Positions 45,269 to 54,338 are shown, counted from the stretch's first letter. The stretch: DNA of 64,000 nt from an uncultured Desulfobacula sp. (GCA_964635025.1 CAZWMY010000004.1:13526-77525); one strand, 5' to 3'. The notes: a model not told the origin generated them from the letters alone. Program-made: numbers and translations.

Positions 45269-45625
45269 ATGAGGAAGGCTCTTTCCAAAAACGAAATTAT
45301 AGATTCAATAAGGATCGAAAAAGGCTTTTTAAAAGAACATTTCGGAGTTCTCACTATCGGTTTATTTGGCTCTTTTGCCAAAGATCAACAAACCCCTGAC
45401 AGTGATATCGATTTTCTGGTCGAATTTTCAGAGCCCCGTTTCGATTGGATCGCAAGTCTTCAAATACATATGGAAAATAAGTTTAAACGAAGGATAGAAA
45501 TTGTACGGAAGCGTAATTTGAGTAAAGGAAGATTTTTTCAACGTATTGATCAGGAAATCATTTTTGATATTTGTAAAAATCATCTTCCAAAATTAAGAAA
45601 AGCAATTCAAAAAATGATCAAATAA
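45269..45625 (+). CDS. MNT-type nucleotidyltransferase (type VII TA antitoxin-like) with a tail resembling the C-terminus of a HepT/DUF86 toxin
   Basis: The NTase motif reads GLFGSFAKDQQTPDSDIDFLVEF. The last ~22 aa (IIFDICKNHLPKLRKAIQKMIK) resemble DUF86 C-termini. No separate HEPN gene follows. Confidence 0.6.
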   Translation: MRKALSKNEIIDSIRIEKGFLKEHFGVLTIGLFGSFAKDQQTPDSDIDFLVEFSEPRFDWIASLQIHMENKFKRRIEIVRKRNLSKGRFFQRIDQEIIFDICKNHLPKLRKAIQKMIK

Positions 45626-45653
45626 AATTTGTTTGTAAATATCTATCCGGGCA

Positions 45654-46271
45654 TTACCCCAAAATAAACAGCTCGCCATAGGCGGGTCTGATCTTAAACA
45701 GGTCTTTGAGCGGAAGATTAAGGACATGGCAGAAGATCACCCGGATTACGCCGGCATGGGTAACAATCAGGGTATTTCCTTTTTTACTGGCAAGGGTTTT
45801 GTTAAAAAAGGGAATGACCCGGTTTGAGAGGTTTTGAAAACTTTCACCGCCTGGCGGGCAGTAGGCGGCAAGGTTTTCTCCCCTTTTTTTAAATTCTTCG
45901 GGATAGTGGGTCTTTATTTCCTCAAAGGCCTTTCCATCCCAGTCTCCCATATGGATTTCATTTAAGGCATCGGTATTGATGACGGGTGTCTTTCCGGCGA
46001 TTTGACGAGCGGTGTGGCCGCAGCGCTGAAGGCGGCTTGAATAGACGGCATCCAGGGGAAATTCTGAAAAGGCGGTCTGCCAATAGCGGGCCTGCAAAAG
46101 GCCGGTTTCATCAAGAGGGGCGTCTGTTTGGCCGATGAACCGTTTTTCTTCTGCGCCGCAGATTTGACCATGCCGTAAAAGAAAAATCAGGGAATCAGTA
46201 TGCAAGTATTTCTTTAATGGATTTCCCGGCTGATGATTCGATCCTGGCTTGTATGAGCTGAGTATTTTCAT
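45654..46271 (-). CDS. Histidine phosphatase family protein (CobC/GpmB-like)
   Basis: The RHG motif reads LLRHGQ, and a downstream motif reads VTHAGVIR. The start is uncertain: the ATG at 46271 overlaps the upstream gene by 77 nt, and a TTG at 46205 is possible. Confidence 0.75.
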   Translation of the reverse strand: MKILSSYKPGSNHQPGNPLKKYLHTDSLIFLLRHGQICGAEEKRFIGQTDAPLDETGLLQARYWQTAFSEFPLDAVYSSRLQRCGHTARQIAGKTPVINTDALNEIHMGDWDGKAFEEIKTHYPEEFKKRGENLAAYCPPGGESFQNLSNRVIPFFNKTLASKKGNTLIVTHAGVIRVIFCHVLNLPLKDLFKIRPAYGELFILG

Positions 46272-47310
46272 ATCGTTTTGAAATGCTGGTCATGGCCCAG
46301 GGAGATTTCATAAGACTGTCTGCAAACCGTTTGTGATAATTTAAATCCACTCCGTGGCCGTTGCAGATTTTATCGGCAAAATACACGATCTCCTTTTCCA
46401 GGACCGGGGTTTGGTGATCGAGTTCAATGTCCATGTGCTGGGCGACAATTTTCGAGACTTCAGTGAATCCAAGCTGATCCAGAACCGTTGCACCGGCGTT
46501 GGCATGGTCTTTTTCCATGCGCTTGATATCATGGAGCAGCCCTGCGGCAATCACAAGATTCGGATCAACCCTGTCTGAAAGGGAATTGGCAAGCTTCAAA
46601 GCCGTAAACGATACATCAGCCAAATGGGTTCTGATGGGGTCGTTTTCCGGCAGCGTGTCATTGATAATGGCAAGGCATTCTTCCATATCCGGGATATGGA
46701 GGGAAGAAAATTTTTCAAGGGCTGCTTCATATCCTTTTTTATCATCCGCATCCATTAATACCCCCCGGTCATACACTTTTACCGGAATCGTATGGTTGGT
46801 TTGAGATAAAAGAAGATCCCTTAAGGTTGACCCGTTGGAAAGGCTTAAGATATCGGGTTTGAGCCGGGACGGGATCAGGGGTGGGTGTCCGGAGGTGCCG
46901 TCAAAATAAGGAATCAGGATTTGGTTTTCGGATTCGGCAAATTTCTGTATCAATCCATCAATGGTGGACGGGCGGATGGCCGGAATATCCACCGGCAGAA
47001 GAAAAAACCCGGCATTTTCCGGCCGGATATTTCTGATGCCTTTTTGAATGGAGGACAGCATTCCGGATTCAAAATCAGGGTTGAAGACCGGTTTAGCTCC
47101 GGCCATCCTGACAACAGGATCAAGCTCAGCATGGTTATGGCCGGTCACCACAACGATATCCGTGATCCGGTTAGCTTTGAAGAGATCCATAACCTGTTCG
47201 ACCATGGTTTTGTCCCCAAAAGGCAGCAGAGGTTTGAAATCTTTCATCCGGGAAGAAAAACCGGCCGCAGGAATGATGGCTGAAAGTTTTTTATGGATGC
47301 TGTTATTCAT
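46195..47310 (-). CDS. MobA/MocA-like nucleotidyltransferase fused to an HD-domain phosphohydrolase
   Basis: The N-terminus reads IIPAAGFSSRMKDFKPLLPFG..., the MocA/MobA fold signature. The C-terminal HD motif reads AAGLLHDIKR. Confidence 0.75.
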   Translation of the reverse strand: MNNSIHKKLSAIIPAAGFSSRMKDFKPLLPFGDKTMVEQVMDLFKANRITDIVVVTGHNHAELDPVVRMAGAKPVFNPDFESGMLSSIQKGIRNIRPENAGFFLLPVDIPAIRPSTIDGLIQKFAESENQILIPYFDGTSGHPPLIPSRLKPDILSLSNGSTLRDLLLSQTNHTIPVKVYDRGVLMDADDKKGYEAALEKFSSLHIPDMEECLAIINDTLPENDPIRTHLADVSFTALKLANSLSDRVDPNLVIAAGLLHDIKRMEKDHANAGATVLDQLGFTEVSKIVAQHMDIELDHQTPVLEKEIVYFADKICNGHGVDLNYHKRFADSLMKSPWAMTSISKRYENTQLIQARIESSAGKSIKEILAY

Positions 47311-47322
47311 TTTTTTCTCCGG

Positions 47323-48363
47323 CTATTTTCCAAAGCTGCAGGATGGAAATTTGCAGGTGCCGCAGCTGGAGCAAAAACCGCCGTGGCCCATGCGGATGAT
47401 ATCGGCTTTGGTCACTGTTTCTCCGGCAAGGAGTCTTGGCACCACTAGATCAAAAATAGAGGCCCGGTGGTACATGACACAACCCGGAAGACCAATGACA
47501 GGGATGTCGTTGATATAGGCCAGCATGAACATGGCGCCGGGCAGGACAGGGGCTCCGTAGGATATAATTTCTCCTCCCGCAGCCCGGATGGCGGCAGGTG
47601 TCAGGTCATCCGGGTCCACGGACATGCCGCCGGTGACGGCAATCATTCCTGCGCCCTCATTGATAAGGGCTTTAATGGCGGATACCGTCATGGTCATATC
47701 ATCGGACACGATTTGTTTTCTTAAAATCCGGCTTCCCAGGGCTTCAAATTTTTTTTGGACCACAGGCCCGAAACCATCCTTGATCAGGCCATGAAAAACT
47801 TCCGAGCCAGTTACCACGAGGCCTACATCCAGTTTAACAAATGGCCGGATATCGATAATGGGAAAATACTGTCTGCAAATCTCTTCTGCCTCAATGATCC
47901 TGTTTTCATCAATGGTCAAGGGGATGACCCTTGTGCCGGCAAGTTCCTGGCCTTTTTCCACTGTCTGGCCGGTATGAAGTGAGGCAAAGATCACATCCGG
48001 AACTGAATTGAGTGTCTCAAGGCCTTCTATATTGATTTTCAGCAACCCTTGAGTTAAGGCTTTAAATCCCACCTTGCCTTCCTTGGGATCACTCAGGCGT
48101 ATCCCGTTTCCACAGGCAGCGTTAGCAATTCTTAAGGCTGCTTCATTTTCATGAATCTCACCATTAAGACAGGCCACATAAATATGCTGCTTTCCTAAAT
48201 TGAGAAGGTCTTCCACATCGGCTTTGGTGATGATATGGCCCTTTTTGAATTGAGGGCCTTTGAAAAGATCCGGCACAATGCGGGTGATATCATGAAGTAA
48301 AATTTTTCCAACGGCTTCGTTAACCGGCACGGCCTTTACCTGATCTTTTTCATAGTATTTCAT
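47323..48363 (-). CDS. Molybdopterin-binding (MoCF_biosynth/MoaB-MogA-like domain) protein with a C-terminal Cys cluster
   Basis: 346 aa. It reads VGLVVTGSEV...AVTGGMSVDPDDLTPAAI...GAPVLPGAMFMLAYINDIPVIGLPG. The tail reads GHGGFCSSCGTCKFPSCSFGK. Confidence 0.65.
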   Translation of the reverse strand: MKYYEKDQVKAVPVNEAVGKILLHDITRIVPDLFKGPQFKKGHIITKADVEDLLNLGKQHIYVACLNGEIHENEAALRIANAACGNGIRLSDPKEGKVGFKALTQGLLKINIEGLETLNSVPDVIFASLHTGQTVEKGQELAGTRVIPLTIDENRIIEAEEICRQYFPIIDIRPFVKLDVGLVVTGSEVFHGLIKDGFGPVVQKKFEALGSRILRKQIVSDDMTMTVSAIKALINEGAGMIAVTGGMSVDPDDLTPAAIRAAGGEIISYGAPVLPGAMFMLAYINDIPVIGLPGCVMYHRASIFDLVVPRLLAGETVTKADIIRMGHGGFCSSCGTCKFPSCSFGK

Positions 48364-48390
48364 TTGGGTCCTCTTCCTTTTAGAACTTTT

Positions 48391-48591
48391 TTATCCACCC
48401 AGATTGGGGTTGATAAATTCAATGACATCATTTTCAAAAATGTCCTGGTGATCATAGGCGGAAGGGTAAATATAGGTTCCGTTTTGTTCGACAATGAGAT
48501 GAGGATCTCCTTCCTTTGCCCATTCAATAAGCATTTTGATCGTCATCCCCTCGGGGATGGTTTCTTTTATTCCGTTCAGATGAACCACCAT
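48391..48591 (-). CDS. ThiS/MoaD-family sulfur-carrier protein (C-terminal GG)
   Basis: 66 aa ending ...INPNLGG. It lies immediately downstream of the E1-like gene. Confidence 0.75.
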   Translation of the reverse strand: MVVHLNGIKETIPEGMTIKMLIEWAKEGDPHLIVEQNGTYIYPSAYDHQDIFENDVIEFINPNLGG

Positions 48592-48594
48592 GAT

Positions 48595-49329
48595 TCAAGT
48601 CCTTCCACATGCCTCGCATTCAGGATTGGATATAAGCTTCAGAGAGTGAAGTCTCATGTCAAGACCTGAAATGCGCAGCATTCTGTTTTTAAGAGGTTTT
48701 CCAAGTTCCAGAATCAATTTAATGGTTTCCATGGCCTGGAAGGATGCGGCTATTCCTGCCGCGGGGCCGATAATCCCAGTGCCTGAGCCCGGCTGAACCC
48801 CTGTTCCTGTTACAATGCATTCAAAACATGGGGTTTGGCCCGGTACAAAAGAGGACACCATGGCGTTGAATCCCTGTACGCCACCATACACAAAGGGCAG
48901 TCCATGCCGCAAGGATGCACGGTTCAGAACCTGTCTTGTTTCATAATTATCCGAGCCGTCCACAATGATATTCACATCTTTCAAGAGTTCATCAATATTG
49001 AAATGGGTAATCCTTTCCTGAACAGGGGTGACCCGGACATGGGAATTTAACGCTTTGATGCGGATGGCCGCTGATATGGTTTTGGGCTGTCCTAAAAAAG
49101 TTTCTGAATGGATGATCTGTCGGTTCAGATTGCTTAGCTCCACAACATCACCGTCTGCAATTTTGATATGACCGATTCCTGCGGCTGCAAGATAAAGGGA
49201 ACTGACAGATCCCAACCCACCGATCCCGGCGATCAGGACGCTTGCTTTTGCAAGCTGTTCCTGACCATCGGGACCGATTTCGGGAAGGATGGTCTGCCGG
49301 ATATATCTTTGATCATCCATCCTTAGCAT
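48595..49329 (-). CDS. ThiF/MoeB/HesA-family E1-like adenylyltransferase
   Basis: The nucleotide-binding loop reads VLIAGIGGLGS, followed by LSNLNRQ. CxxC pairs are CFEC and CEAC. Confidence 0.85.
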   Translation of the reverse strand: MLRMDDQRYIRQTILPEIGPDGQEQLAKASVLIAGIGGLGSVSSLYLAAAGIGHIKIADGDVVELSNLNRQIIHSETFLGQPKTISAAIRIKALNSHVRVTPVQERITHFNIDELLKDVNIIVDGSDNYETRQVLNRASLRHGLPFVYGGVQGFNAMVSSFVPGQTPCFECIVTGTGVQPGSGTGIIGPAAGIAASFQAMETIKLILELGKPLKNRMLRISGLDMRLHSLKLISNPECEACGRT

Positions 49330-49331
49330 GG

Positions 49332-51695
49332 TTATTTTATATTGTTTTTTTCCTTATATTCCTGGATGGCATGGTATACCCGCTCCGGTGTCAGGGGCAG
49401 TTCATACAGCCTGACGCCCGCTGCATCATACACTGCATTCAGGATGGCCGGGATGGTGGGCATGATGGCCCCTTCACCGACTTCCTTGGCTCCGTAAGGG
49501 CCGTTGGGTTCATCACTTTCCACAACAATGGCTTCGACTTTGGGCATGTCCATGGCCGTTACAATCTTGTATTCTGCAAGGTCATGGTTCAGCACCCGGC
49601 CCTGTTTGTCGAAAATGACTTCTTCATGCATGGCTTCACCGATCCCCATGGAGACCGACCCCTGCATCTGGGCTTCAACCGAAGTCAGATTGATGGCCTT
49701 GCCGCAGTCATGGGCATCCGTGATTTTATCAATGGTGACCTGTCCGGTTTCCATATCCACGGTGACTTCTGCCACCTGGGCAGAACATCCGTAAGCCGGG
49801 GAAGTTCCCACGGCCGCACCCTTGAATTTGCCACCCAAGAGATGGGGCTTATATTTTCCGGTCCCGACAATGGAGCCTTTTTCAAGGAAGGCAATCCTGG
49901 AGGCTTCCTTAAAGGTCAGTTTTTCAGATTTCGGATTGTCGATCCATCCCCTGTGCTCTTTGATATACCGGGTTCTTAATTCGGAGAAATCCGGGGCCGT
50001 GCCTTTGAATTCAATAAATCCGTTTTTAATATCCATATTTTCAACCGGCACTTTCAATTGTTCGGCAAGGACTTCCAGTACCTGGATTTTGGCATGCTGG
50101 GCCGCTTCTTTTGTCGCATGGCCCGTCATCAGGGTCTGGCGGCTGGAATAGGCACCCAGATCAACCCCCATATCGGTGTCGCCCGAGGCAAGACGGACAT
50201 TCTCCAGCGGGATGCCAAGGGTTTCAGCCGCAATCATGGCAAAGGCAGTATCCGATCCCTGGCCGATCTCGGCAGAAGCAGTGTAAACAAGAGCTGTGCC
50301 GCCATCTTCGGTGAGTTTGACAATGACGGTTCCGTGCCAGGTGTCAGACCTGTAGATGGGATAGCCGGCTCCGGAAACAAAAAATCCGCAGGCCATACCG
50401 ATTCCTTTTCCTTTGGGCATGTTTCCTTTTTTCTTGTCCCAGCCGGAACCTTTTCTGACCGCTTCAATGCATTCAGACATGCCGAATGAACTCATGTTCA
50501 GATCGTTGCAGGTGGTGTCCCCGGTTTCCATCATGTTTTTGATGCGGAGCTCCAGGGGGTCCATGCCGATTTTTTCGGCAATCATATCCAGCTGCTGCTC
50601 AAAACAGGCGCGGGCAATAACTGCGCCATGGCCACGCTGGGCGCCGCATGCCGGTTTGTTGTTGTACACCCGGTACCCGTCATAGCTCATATTATCGAGT
50701 TTATAAGGTCCACCCAAAAGAGAACCGGTGTAATATACTGTCGCAATCCCGAAACTGGTGTATGCTCCACCGTCCAGCCAGCATTCATGTTTCAGCGCCA
50801 TAAGGGTGCCGTCTTTTTTTGCGCCGGTGGTAATGGTGTGGGAGAACTGGTGACGGGCTCTGGCCAGCATGAACACCTGGTCTCTTGTATAATTCATTTT
50901 CACGGGTTTTTTTGTTTTTCTGGCAAGAATACAGCAGGCAAGCTCCATGGGGTTGGCCGAGGCCTTGATGCCGAATCCGGCACCCACATAGGGTTTGATG
51001 ACCCTGACTTTTCCCACATCCATTCCCAGCACCATGGCCACGGTGCGCTGAACATAGTGTGGAACCTGGGTGGAGCTGGTCAGTGTCAATACGCCCAGAT
51101 TATCAAACTCGGCAATGCATCCCTGCATTTCGATGAATGCCCCGTCCTGCCTTTTGTTTTTCATTTTGGTGGTGATGACAATGTCGCTGTTTTTTAAGCC
51201 CTCTTCCACATTTCCGAATTCCTGGTGAACTTCAGCGCACAGATTTTTGGGCGATCCTTCATGAAGAAGGGGTGCCCCGTCTTTCATGGCATCTTCAATG
51301 GTGAAAACAGCTGGCAGGATCTCATATTCAACTCTGATCAATTCTATGGCAGCAAGAGCAATTTCAAGGGTTTCAGCTGCCACAGCGGCAATTTCATCCC
51401 CGACATAGCGGACTCTGTCAATGGCAAAAACCGTTTCATCATACCGGGCCGGGCTGACACCGTATTTAATATCGCCTGCATCCTTTGATGTGATGACGGC
51501 TTTAACGCCTTTGAGCTTTTCAGCTTCGGATGTGTCAATGGAAATTATTTTTGCATGGGCATGGGGGCTTTGCAAAAGAGCACCGTACAACATGCCGGGT
51601 CTTGAAATATCATCTACAAATACAGCTCTTCCGGTTGCCTTGTCCGGCGTATCAATGCGGTTTGCCCGGGTGCTGATAACATCATATTCTTTCAT
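49332..51695 (-). CDS. Xanthine dehydrogenase/aldehyde oxidoreductase family, molybdopterin-binding large subunit
   Basis: 787 aa reading RIDTPDKATGRAVFVDDI..., GGFG-like GAGFGIK and GQGSDTAFAMIAAETLGIP. Confidence 0.9.
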   Translation of the reverse strand: MKEYDVISTRANRIDTPDKATGRAVFVDDISRPGMLYGALLQSPHAHAKIISIDTSEAEKLKGVKAVITSKDAGDIKYGVSPARYDETVFAIDRVRYVGDEIAAVAAETLEIALAAIELIRVEYEILPAVFTIEDAMKDGAPLLHEGSPKNLCAEVHQEFGNVEEGLKNSDIVITTKMKNKRQDGAFIEMQGCIAEFDNLGVLTLTSSTQVPHYVQRTVAMVLGMDVGKVRVIKPYVGAGFGIKASANPMELACCILARKTKKPVKMNYTRDQVFMLARARHQFSHTITTGAKKDGTLMALKHECWLDGGAYTSFGIATVYYTGSLLGGPYKLDNMSYDGYRVYNNKPACGAQRGHGAVIARACFEQQLDMIAEKIGMDPLELRIKNMMETGDTTCNDLNMSSFGMSECIEAVRKGSGWDKKKGNMPKGKGIGMACGFFVSGAGYPIYRSDTWHGTVIVKLTEDGGTALVYTASAEIGQGSDTAFAMIAAETLGIPLENVRLASGDTDMGVDLGAYSSRQTLMTGHATKEAAQHAKIQVLEVLAEQLKVPVENMDIKNGFIEFKGTAPDFSELRTRYIKEHRGWIDNPKSEKLTFKEASRIAFLEKGSIVGTGKYKPHLLGGKFKGAAVGTSPAYGCSAQVAEVTVDMETGQVTIDKITDAHDCGKAINLTSVEAQMQGSVSMGIGEAMHEEVIFDKQGRVLNHDLAEYKIVTAMDMPKVEAIVVESDEPNGPYGAKEVGEGAIMPTIPAILNAVYDAAGVRLYELPLTPERVYHAIQEYKEKNNIK

Positions 51696-51722
51696 GGGTC
51701 CTCCTTGGATTTTAGCACTCTG

Positions 51723-52181
51723 TTATGATCTTAAGGATTCGATGGCCTCAAAGATTTTCGTATACCCTGTACAACGGCACAGGTTTCCGGAAATGCCCTC
51801 CCGGATGTCCTGTTCACTGGGGTTCGGGTTTTTATCCAGAAGACTTTTGGTGGACATGATCATTCCGGGCGTGCAATACCCGCATTGTATGGCTCCTTTT
51901 TCAACAAAGGCTTTTTGAATCGGATGAATCCCTTCATCCGTGCTTAATCCTTCAACGGTCTCAATCCGGGATCCATTGGTCTGAATCGCAAGTACAAGGC
52001 AGGAGTTCACCGGATCTCCATTCATAATAACGGTGCAGGCGCCGCAGTCGCCGGTGTCGCATCCTTTTTTGGTGCCGGTGAGTTTCAGGTCATAGCGGAG
52101 TACATCCGCAAGGGTTTTATTGGGCTCAACCGCTATTACATAGGCCAGTTGATTGATGGTCAGGTTGATTATTTTTTTCAT
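51723..52181 (-). CDS. (2Fe-2S)-binding small subunit of the XDH-family enzyme
   Basis: It reads GCDTGDCGACTV ... CGYCTPGMIMS ... NLCRCTGY. Confidence 0.9.
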   Translation of the reverse strand: MKKIINLTINQLAYVIAVEPNKTLADVLRYDLKLTGTKKGCDTGDCGACTVIMNGDPVNSCLVLAIQTNGSRIETVEGLSTDEGIHPIQKAFVEKGAIQCGYCTPGMIMSTKSLLDKNPNPSEQDIREGISGNLCRCTGYTKIFEAIESLRS

Positions 52182-52205
52182 TTATGTCTCCTCATAGAGT
52201 ATCAT

Positions 52206-53084
52206 TTATCTTCCGGCAAGTTCAAAGGCGGCCGTAAGGGTGCGTTTGGTCAGGACACCCACCATGGCCCGCCGGTAGGCGGCGCTGCCCCTGAAATCGT
52301 CAATGGGTTTGCAGTCTTCAAACCTGGCTTTTTCACCGGCTTCAAAGAATGAGGCTTCTTCAGCTATTTTGCCTTTGATAATTTCTTCGGCTTTTAACGC
52401 CCGGATGGGAGTGGCTGCCACAGAACCAAGGGCAATCCTGGTATTCAGGATTTTTTTGGTTTGCGGGTCAAATTCAAGAAAAGACGCCACATTCACAACA
52501 TTGATTTCGGAGGATTTTCGCTTCCCCAGCTGGATATAGTGAGCACCGCTATGGGCAGGTGGAACCGGCAGCCTGAATCCTGTGATAATTTCATCTGATT
52601 TCATATCGGTTTTACCCGGGCCCTTGAAAAATTCTTCAATGGGCATTTCCCTTTTTCCATCAAGGCTTTCCAGGAGAACAACGGCTTTGTAGATCAAAAG
52701 GGCAGGCAGGGTATCACCGGCCGGACTTGCATTGGTGACATTTCCGCCAATGGTGGCCCGGTTGCGGATCAGATGGGTGCCAAGATTGTCAACCCCGGAT
52801 TTCAGGGCAGAAAATTTTTCTTTGATGACCGGTGTCTTGGAAATTTTTGCCATGACGGCACAGGCCCCTATTTCCACAGAATCCTTATTCTCTTTGATCT
52901 GAGCCAGGGCATCAATTTTCTGCAGACTGATCATATGATCTGCTGTGATAATCTTCTTTTTCAAATGAACCAGAAGATCCGTCCCTCCGGCCAGAAACCT
53001 TGCAGATGAACCCCATTTTTTTTTGATTTCCAAAGCTTCTTGAATCGTGCCGGGTTCATGAAATTCAAACTTAGGTAAAAGCAT
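52206..53084 (-). CDS. FAD-binding (CoxM/XdhB-like) medium subunit of the XDH-family enzyme
   Basis: It reads FLAGGTDLLVHLK and ATIGGNV. ATG 53084 follows GAGGGG and is preferred over the track start at 53114. Confidence 0.85.
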   Translation of the reverse strand: MLLPKFEFHEPGTIQEALEIKKKWGSSARFLAGGTDLLVHLKKKIITADHMISLQKIDALAQIKENKDSVEIGACAVMAKISKTPVIKEKFSALKSGVDNLGTHLIRNRATIGGNVTNASPAGDTLPALLIYKAVVLLESLDGKREMPIEEFFKGPGKTDMKSDEIITGFRLPVPPAHSGAHYIQLGKRKSSEINVVNVASFLEFDPQTKKILNTRIALGSVAATPIRALKAEEIIKGKIAEEASFFEAGEKARFEDCKPIDDFRGSAAYRRAMVGVLTKRTLTAAFELAGR

Positions 53085-53153
53085 AACATTTCCCCTCTTA
53101 TTTTTAGTCAACACTTACATGAAATTTTGAACATCTTGCTATCATTCAAAAAT

Positions 53154-53177
53154 CGTTATGTCAACACAAACATAACG
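53154..53177. promoter_or_regulatory. ModE-box-like palindrome in the divergent XDH-operon / modE-like intergenic region
   Basis: Sequence is CGTTATG-tcaacacaaa-CATAACG. The perfect arms extend to ATCGTTATG...CATAACGAT (53152..53179). Confidence 0.6.
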
Positions 53178-53270
53178 ATTGAAATCATATTTTTTATATT
53201 GAAAATTCACATTCTGAATCCAATTAAGTGAGTGACAGAGAATAAATTTTAGGATAATATAGCCGTCGCC

Positions 53271-53618
53271 ATGGAGAATAAAAATTTAAATGTCCGCATG
53301 AGAATCTGGATTGAAGCCGATACTGGAGAACCATTGTTTGGTGAAGGCCAGATCGGAATTCTGGAAGCCATTCAAAAAGAAGGCTCCATTAATGCGGCTG
53401 CAAAATCATTAGGGATGGGTTACAGATCCATGTGGGGCAGGCTCAAAAAAATCGAACAAAGAATCGGAACACCCCTCCTGGTCCGCAGGAAGGGAGGAAC
53501 ATCCGGCGGAGAATCCGTTCTCACCTCCGAAGCAAAACTCATCATTGAAAAATTCCGGCAACTTCAGCAGAATCTTAACAGCACTGCGCAGGAAATTTTC
53601 AGCACTATTTATTCATAG
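53271..53618 (+). CDS. ModE N-terminal-domain-type winged-HTH regulator without Mop/molbindin domains
   Basis: 115 aa reading GEGQIGILEAIQKEGSINAAAKSLGMGYRSMWGRLKKIEQRIGTPLLVRRKGGTSGGESVLTSEA, the pattern I recall for the ModE DNA-binding domain. Confidence 0.7.
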   Translation: MENKNLNVRMRIWIEADTGEPLFGEGQIGILEAIQKEGSINAAAKSLGMGYRSMWGRLKKIEQRIGTPLLVRRKGGTSGGESVLTSEAKLIIEKFRQLQQNLNSTAQEIFSTIYS

Positions 53619-53681
53619 CACGGTTTTTGCTCCTTTTTGCATCAGAAAGAAAAACTGAATGCAGGAAGGGAGACAAAAGCC

Positions 53682-54338
53682 ATGAAAAAAGCAAATTGTA
53701 TCACCCTGAAAAAGCTTGGAATTCTTTTCGCTGTAGTGCTCCAGGCCTCACTATCAAATGCGGGCGATGACAAAGATGAAACGGGCAAGGCCTTGTCCAT
53801 GCCCGGCATAATTTTGACGGTTACCGCCAATAACCCCTCTGAATGGGGGGCTGCCAACGGCCCCAATTTATTTATAAAAAATAAAAATATTTTTCCGGCT
53901 CAATTTTCGGATATGATGCTGCAACAGCCGAACAAAAAAGGGTTTTATCATGAGATGGGAAAAGCCATTGATCAGATTTCCGGCTATTTTTTTAAATATT
54001 TCTCCGTTGAAGACTATTCATCCAATAATCCCGAGCCCCGGTTTCAGTTAAAAAACAAAATCCGTACATTTAACGAGACTAAAAAAGATTTTGATCTTAA
54101 CCTGGCTTTTAATATCGGTTATCACAACCCTGACAACCTGAATATTGATGCCATAAGAATAGAATCTTTTTTTCATGATACCTTTGTCACGACAATTTAT
54201 CATTACGAAAAAAAAGAGTTGGAAATCGGTTTGAGCAATGTCATGATCAATAACCTTCTTCTGGATGGGATGAAGCTTGAAATCCAGACAAATCCCGATA
54301 TGAATTCCGGCGCATTGCTTTTTACGATGGCCATGTAA
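53682..54338 (+). CDS. Secreted hypothetical protein
   Basis: ATG 53682 follows GGAAGGGAG. The signal peptide is MKKANCITLKKLGILFAVVLQASLSNAG. I recognised no motifs. Confidence 0.45.
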   Translation: MKKANCITLKKLGILFAVVLQASLSNAGDDKDETGKALSMPGIILTVTANNPSEWGAANGPNLFIKNKNIFPAQFSDMMLQQPNKKGFYHEMGKAIDQISGYFFKYFSVEDYSSNNPEPRFQLKNKIRTFNETKKDFDLNLAFNIGYHNPDNLNIDAIRIESFFHDTFVTTIYHYEKKELEIGLSNVMINNLLLDGMKLEIQTNPDMNSGALLFTMAM

